Source: Octopus bimaculoides
Taxonomy: Eukaryota
DNA: 37,449 bases
Direction of reading: 5' to 3'
Assembly: GCF_001194135.2 (NCBI RefSeq)
Contig: NC_068983.1
Location: 38,705,435 to 38,742,883, forward strand
Made by a program: the position numbers and the translations under genes. This document shows positions 34,705 to 37,449 of this stretch, piece after piece; the first letter of the stretch is position 1; each line of letters starts with the position of its first letter. Below the pieces are notes generated by a model. The model had not been told where the DNA came from. It saw nothing but the letters and a program-made list of their open reading frames with translations, and searched no databases.

Positions 34705-35829
34705 TATATATATATATATATTTATGTGTATATTATATGTATGTATGAAATCAAACAACCTTATCAAGCTAGATTAATCAGTGTGTATGTTGCTGTAACC
34801 AAAGAGAGTCAAAGGTTACATTTATCTTTCTAATTCAGTTAAATACAGATTAATTACACATATCAGATATTTTAGCAATACAGAATACCTGAATTGATTG
34901 TCATATAGATATAAGCATTTTCCTTTCTGCTATAAGAGAGTTTGCATGACAAAATCATGTATAAGACATACCCACTTCATAAGATGCTTGTAGACATTAT
35001 CCTGTTGGATTTCCCTGTTGATTCTGATGTATGTATGATTCTGATGTATGAAAGCCATTTTTTACCCTTTTCTCTCTCTACTTTTATAGTTCTGATGTCT
35101 GTATCACTAACAAGACTTAAATCCAAATCCGGCCAAGGGTTTACAAATATTTTTGCAATTTGGACACAACAGAACATTATTACAGAACGTGGATGGTCCA
35201 TTAGATTGAGACTTTGACTTTGCTCTCAGTTCTTGGATAATTATATATGTATGTACATATGTATGTGATGTGTGTATGCACGCACGTCTGTGTGTTTGTG
35301 TGTATGCACACACGTCTGTGTGTTTGTGTGTATGTACACGTGTACATACGTACATGCATATCATCATCATTGTCATCATTTAACATCCGCCTTTATATAT
35401 ATATATGTATATATATGTGTGTGTGTGTGTGTGCATATATACTTTATCTGTTGGTTAGCAAGACTACCATTGGTTTCATGCCATGAATTTTCAGCAATTA
35501 TCAAGCTTGCCATGTGGGACATTGATACTTGTCTCCATCATACACATTATCTATATATACATATGTGTGTGTGTGTGTTTATATATATATAAAAATGCAA
35601 TAGAGGGCATTAAAACGTTCGGACAGATAGATGATACATAGGCAGACAAGACAACAACAATTAGAAGGACAGGCAAAAGAAAAAGACAGGTCATTCTTGG
35701 CTTTCTTTCATCAGTCAAGTCCTAGAAGTCATGACCATTTCAGGTTACACTTGAGATGGTTCGATCTGGTTGCCCCCCCCCCCAAGTCTAAGCTAAGAAC
35801 ATTAGACCCCTTTATAAGAAAGCTAGCGA

Positions 35830-35896
<67 letters not shown>

Positions 35897-35897
<1 letters not shown>

Positions 35898-36192
35898 GCA
35901 CAGGAGTGGCTGTGTGGTAAGTAGCTTGCTTACCAACCACATGGTTCCGGGTTCATTCCCACTGCGTGGCACCTTGGGCAAATGTCATCTACTATAGCCT
36001 GAGGCCGACCGAAGCCTTGGGAGTAGATTTGGTAGACGGAAACTGAAAGAAGCCCGTCGTATATATGTATATATGCATGTGTGTGTATATGTTTATGTGT
36101 CTGTGTTTGTCCCCCCAACATCGCTTGACAACTGATGGTTGGGTGTTTATGTTCCCCCGTAACTTAGCGGTTCAGCAAAAGAGACCGATAGA
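35897..36192 (+). mobile_element. SINE family B, young CpG-rich copy truncated by a gap
   Basis: GGCTGTGTGGTAAGTAGC...GGGTTCATTCCC...GGCACCTTGGGCAAATGTC (CORE-like)...GCGGTTCAGCAAAA. Confidence 0.85.
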
Positions 36193-37104
36193 NNNNNNNN
36201 NNNNNNNNNNNNNNNNNNNNNNNNNNNNNNNNNNNNNNNNNNNNNNNNNNNNNNNNNNNNNNNNNNNNNNNNNNNNNNNNNNNNNNNNNNNNNNNNNNNN
36301 NNNNNNNNNNNNNNNNNNNNNNNNNNNNNNNNNNNNNNNATATATATATATATATACATATATATATTTGTGTATGTATGTGTAATATATTCTATTATAT
36401 AAAAAGAGAGAGAGACATAATGACCCAACATTAGGCACCAGGAATTGTTGTCATAGTTCCATTGACATAATTTTCAGACGTTTTTCATTGCCAATGTGTG
36501 TGTGTATTTCTTTCGACTTATTTATTGGTGTAGTAGCTGGTCCCCTGTCTTTCGTTTCTTTCTTGTTTTTGTTTTTAAATTCTTTTACTAACAAACATGA
36601 GCACTCACTCCACTGATAGAGCTTAAGAGAAACCTATTAACAAAGGAAAATATATTTAATGCTCTTCCTTTTAGGGAAACTGACGAAAATAGATAAACTC
36701 ACACATCATGCGTGCACGCATACTTGCACACACACACACACACATGCATACAACTGTGTATGCGTGTGTGAGAATGAGTGCCTGAGTGTGTGTGTGTATA
36801 TGTGTGTGTTCATTGAGAAAGAAAAAGAACAATAGACACATAGAGATGTATAGTTACATCTACATCTATGTATCATTAGAGGTATGTAGACAGATTGATA
36901 AATGAATAGAAATTTATACACATGCACGTACATGTGCACTCACACATACGCATGCACACACAAACCTGGTAGGATAGGACAAGAGTTATAAATAGATAGA
37001 TATATAAATAATTATATTGTTATGATACTAGGTAGATATATAAAATGTATGAATGCATGTGTAAGTATGTATATGTATATATAATGTATATATGTTTGTG
37101 TCTC

Positions 37105-37185
<81 letters not shown>

Positions 37186-37288
37186 GTATGTATGTATATA
37201 TATGTGTGTGTGTGTGTATGTATACATATATATGTATGTATACATATATATGTATGTATGTATGTGTATATATGTATGTATGTATGTG

Positions 37289-37321
<33 letters not shown>

Positions 37322-37449
37322 GTATATATGTATGTATGTGTATATATGTATGTATGTATGTATGTATGTAGGTGTATATATGTATGTATGTATGTATGTG
37401 TATATGTATGTATGTATGTATGTGTATATATATATATGTATATATATAT

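Noticed and set aside
35620-35730. CTGATGAA motif on the minus strand in a possible Penelope-type tail
   Set aside because: No correctly placed GAAA core or stems.

Overview
AT-rich eukaryotic (animal) draft-assembly window with six N-gaps. It is dominated by microsatellites and transposon relics. The SINE families and microsatellite load look like a coleoid cephalopod, most likely an octopus (pattern recognition, not a database result). No intact protein-coding gene is recognisable, and almost all listed ORFs are gap or microsatellite artefacts. Supportable content: decayed hAT, Tigger/pogo and maT (DD37D) transposases; RTE, R4/Dong-like and CR1/Jockey-group LINE fragments; a solo LTR; several MITEs with TIRs/TSDs; several tRNA-derived SINE families; and two foldback elements carrying telomere-type repeats. 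At 33.55-34.70 kb there is a cluster of Penelope-type pseudo-LTR pieces holding five minimal hammerhead-ribozyme motifs, one element with a tRNA-like Pol III head. Copies of the same repeats keep their CpGs outside about 18-32 kb but have lost most of them inside, which suggests a methylated gene body; a few unassigned candidate exons lie there.
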